Made by a program: the position numbers and the translations under genes. Below the pieces are notes generated by a model. It searched no databases and was not told the origin of the DNA. It worked only from the letters and a program-made list of their open reading frames with translations. Below are positions 60,654 to 64,000 of a stretch of DNA of 64,000 bases, piece by piece (position 1 is the stretch's first letter; each line of letters opens with the position of its first letter). The DNA is from the human T2T-CHM13v2.0 reference genome, Homo sapiens: the NCBI RefSeq assembly GCF_009914755.1, contig NC_060932.1; one strand, 5' to 3'.

Positions 60654-62539
60654 TGTTAACTCTTGATACAGTTGCTGGAAGTGACCTACTTTAATTTTAA
60701 ATCCCTTTGGAATCTTGCTGTGGGTGATTCTGAGGCAATCCCAGAAGGGTACCATCATTTTTTAAAGGAAGCTTTGTATCAGGTACATGTTTCCTTGGTT
60801 ACCAAAATCACAAGCACATGTGTTATTTCAAACACTTCCTTCCAGCCACCTTAAGACAACGTTTCTGCAACCTGTACAGAATCTAATGTCTTCTCGAAGA
60901 GAAAACTGTTAAAGGCTGACAACATCTCTCAGAGCTCTGGAATGTGAGCTGCTTGTTTGAAGCAGCTTTTAGGCACAGAGAGCCCAGCAGCCCTGACAAT
61001 GATGGAAAAGCACAATGCCACCGAGATCACACAGATATTAATGTGACAGTGCCTTGGCCTCACTTGCACATCTGAAGTCACAGAGCTTCTGATGACCTAC
61101 AGCATCTTGGAGTGGAGTAGCACACGACAGAATTCTTGCTTCTACTTTCCTGATATGGTCTACAAGTCTAGGCTGCTGTGACATTCAAGATGACTACCAA
61201 TTCAAAAGGGGGACGATGGCTAGGGACCACTCTGATTCTACCCTCACCACAGTCTTCAGAGGTAGCAGAAATAATTATACCAATGGCCCAAGCATGGCAG
61301 TCATGATGTTCCTACTTGTACACAGAGGGTTACACTCATCACTGGGAGAACAGAGATTCAGTTACCACCAGAAAAGCAGAATTGGAAACCAACCCCTATA
61401 GGTATTAGGAGCAAAAGGTGAGTTTTTAATTAAAAAGCTAAATTAGAAATTAAAAACTGCACCATATGCACTGGAAAATGTGGTTTCTGACAATATATTA
61501 AGCACCATGTTAAAACAGAGTGTTGCAAAAGGGTCTTAACAGAAACAGAGCAAGAGGATTTTTGGAAAAGAGAGAAAATGGAAAAGGAATAGACATTTTT
61601 TGAATATCAAGCCCGGGCAAGTTAGAACCATGCATCAGCTTTTCATCCATGGTGTAACTTAACCCTCAGGCTGTCCTACTCAGTGTGGTTTGCTAGCCTC
61701 ACTCGCACACAGGAAGCTTGGAATTTGGAGGCTCCAAGTCACTCTCCAGAGTCGGTGTGCGGTAGGCCTGGAATTCCAAACCAAGGTCTGAAGCCACCGG
61801 AAGCCACTGTGCTTTCCAAAACCACCCTCTTGGAATCTGCCACAAATCCAATTACTAATAAGAGTTATTTAAAGTCTTAAAAATAAAATTGCCTTTTTAA
61901 AAGTTCAGCATTTTAAAACTAGGATGCAATCCTTGTCATTTCTTTCTAATGTATAATAATTAAAGGAATAAATAGAAAAAAAAAGGTATTTCAAAAAAAA
62001 CAGACTTTTCCCCGGAAGTCAGATGAATAATTTTACATGTAAGTTCTATAACTCAATTCAAACACACACACACACACACACCCCATCCAATGTCAAAACT
62101 GCAAAACTCATAATAGTCATAGTTTCCCAGTGGCACCTTTAAAAACATAGCCTCTTCGGAAACACGATTTTCGGAAACACAATTTCTTTCACCACATAGC
62201 TATGGAAATGACCACACTTGAAATCTAAACTGAACATTTTTCTTCAATCTGTAAGTATTCTGTATTTGGACTTCTTCCAAGTTAAAAAAAGGTTTACATG
62301 ATAGCTCCTTTATGAGTTGTCTACTTTTCAACATGAGAAGTTAAATTTGATTAATTCATATGAGAACAGATTCTATAACCTCTTTGACCTGCAGAGATAA
62401 TTTACTCATCTCTCTTCCACTACTGTAACCTAAGAATGAGCCCTTAGCTCATTAAGCTTCACAAACAAAAACACTTAGGCAGTAATGACCCATTTTACTA
62501 TTCTGTTTCTTGCCTCCCTTTCTCTGTATCTCAGTCTTT

Positions 62540-63340
62540 TTTTTTTTTTTTCATGTATCTGTGGTTTCCAAATCTATATTCCTAAATTCCAACTCACTCC
62601 TAGATTCCACTTTTAAATTTCCAGCAGCCTTACAGACATCTTCACACAGATATCCCCCTGGGTACCTCAAAGTTGACATGTCCTTAACCATATGATCTTC
62701 CCACCGTATTCCTACATGCTTAATGACACCAGTATTCAGGCTGTTAGCCATTCCAGAAACCTCAGAGCCCCTTAGAATCCCCCTATCGCCTTCCCTTTAC
62801 CACAGTCTGACCTGTTCTATAGTCTCCATATCTCTCAGTGGCCGCCCCTTTTCGGTCTCCTCCTAGGCCTTATTCAAAGCCCCACTGATCTCTTGCCTGG
62901 GATAGTAAATTGCATGATAACTTATCTATAGGACTGAGCTTCTCATTCCATCTTATCCACTGCTTTACAATAGTAATTCCAGTTGAGTCACAAACCCTTG
63001 AGGATAGTAATTTCAATTGAGTTGAGCAGAGTAGAATTATGGGAGAATTTCCCTTTGGGGGTCATTTATTCTAGTAATGTTTCCGTTTTTAATAGAAAAT
63101 GTTACTTCTGTGATCATCAGTAAAGACAAAAAATGTACACATTTAGTAAGGTCACAGCACTGGGTCCATGATAGAGTAGAAACCTTTAGCCTTGAACAGG
63201 AGGCCCTTCATTGTGTGTCTCTTAACCACCTTCCAGGCTTTGTTCTTCCTACCCCCACCATCTACTGCCCTTTCTCCATTGTTCTTTTGAGCCTCTATGA
63301 CCTTGCAAACTCTGCTCCCCATTCCTGGAATATCCTTTCA
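62540..63340 (+). mobile_element. Degraded L2 fragments
   Basis: ccaaatctatatt, acctcaaagttgacatgtcc, ccagaaacctcagag, aggcccttcattgt. Confidence 0.55.
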
Positions 63341-63843
63341 GGTGAACTTTATCTTATTCTCTTTTTCTTTTCTTCCCCAGTGTCCCAAATTTGCTTTGTC
63401 CTAAGAATCTCCAGGGTCTAGGGGCACGCAGCACACCAAATCCATCAGAATCTCTAGGGCAGAAATCTTAGAAACTGGATTTTGTTATCCAGGTATACTC
63501 AAGCAAGAGTAAGAAACACTGGCCTCAAAAACACTCGAGAGACAATGGGAAAGAAAATTTCAATTCCTATGTCCATGTTGTCTTAAACATCACATCTTCT
63601 AACTTTATGATCAATGCTTGTGATTCTCTTCAGAATGTTTTCCAGAATAATCTAAGGAAAATGTCTGTGGGAAACAAAACAGCTGCCACTGAACCTCAAC
63701 ATTTATCTGTATGCATTATGTCAAGGCGTGGGAGGGGGATGTACGTGTGCACAGAAATTCACACAAACACACAGGGTCACATGTATCTGAAAATGCCAAT
63801 GTCTGCCCTCGAGTACCTTACAATTTGCAGGTAAAAAGATTCC

Positions 63844-63974
63844 TTTTTTTTTTTTTTTTGAGACACGGTCCTGCTCTGTCATTCAGGCTGGAGTGCAGTG
63901 GTGCAATCACAGCTCACTGCAGCCTTGGTCTCCCAAAGTTCTGGGATTACAGGTTTGAGCCACCACACCCAGCC
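63844..63974 (-). mobile_element. Alu with a large internal deletion (arm-to-arm fusion)
   Basis: Right-arm 3' part '...ctcactgcagccttgg' joined to left-arm 5' part 'tctcccaaagttctgggattacagg'; flanking aagattc repeat. Confidence 0.9.
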
Positions 63975-64000
63975 AGAAGATTCTTTATAGCACTCCCCTC

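Overview
Primate (most likely human) non-coding genomic DNA. It contains about 35 Alu/FLAM copies or fragments (J-, S- and Y-like), MIR and L2 relics, L1 3' ends, MaLR/ERV LTRs, hAT DNA transposons (MER1B, MER3, MER5, MER53, MER58, MER102), one MADE1 mariner MITE and several microsatellites. I found no protein-coding exon, RNA gene or CpG island. The ORF track is explained by Alu translation, simple repeats and chance. The + strand looks A-rich by eye and most L1 ends lie on +, which would fit a large intron of a gene transcribed on the - strand, but I cannot name that gene. I do not see a new multi-gene system. The most unusual items are: (1) a MADE1 element with a perfect 33-bp hairpin whose arms share the same non-consensus changes, a miR-548-like candidate; (2) one L1PA 3' UTR split into two oppositely oriented, contiguous halves about 410 bp apart; (3) a sense Alu shell (target-site duplication [TSD], first 10 nt and tail) whose body is replaced by an antisense Alu; (4) two well-formed + strand exon-like units, one containing (GAAA)11; (5) an (AAAGG)17/(GGAA)21 purine tract grown from an Alu tail. 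Repeat family names come from recalled consensus sequences, and boundaries without a TSD are approximate.
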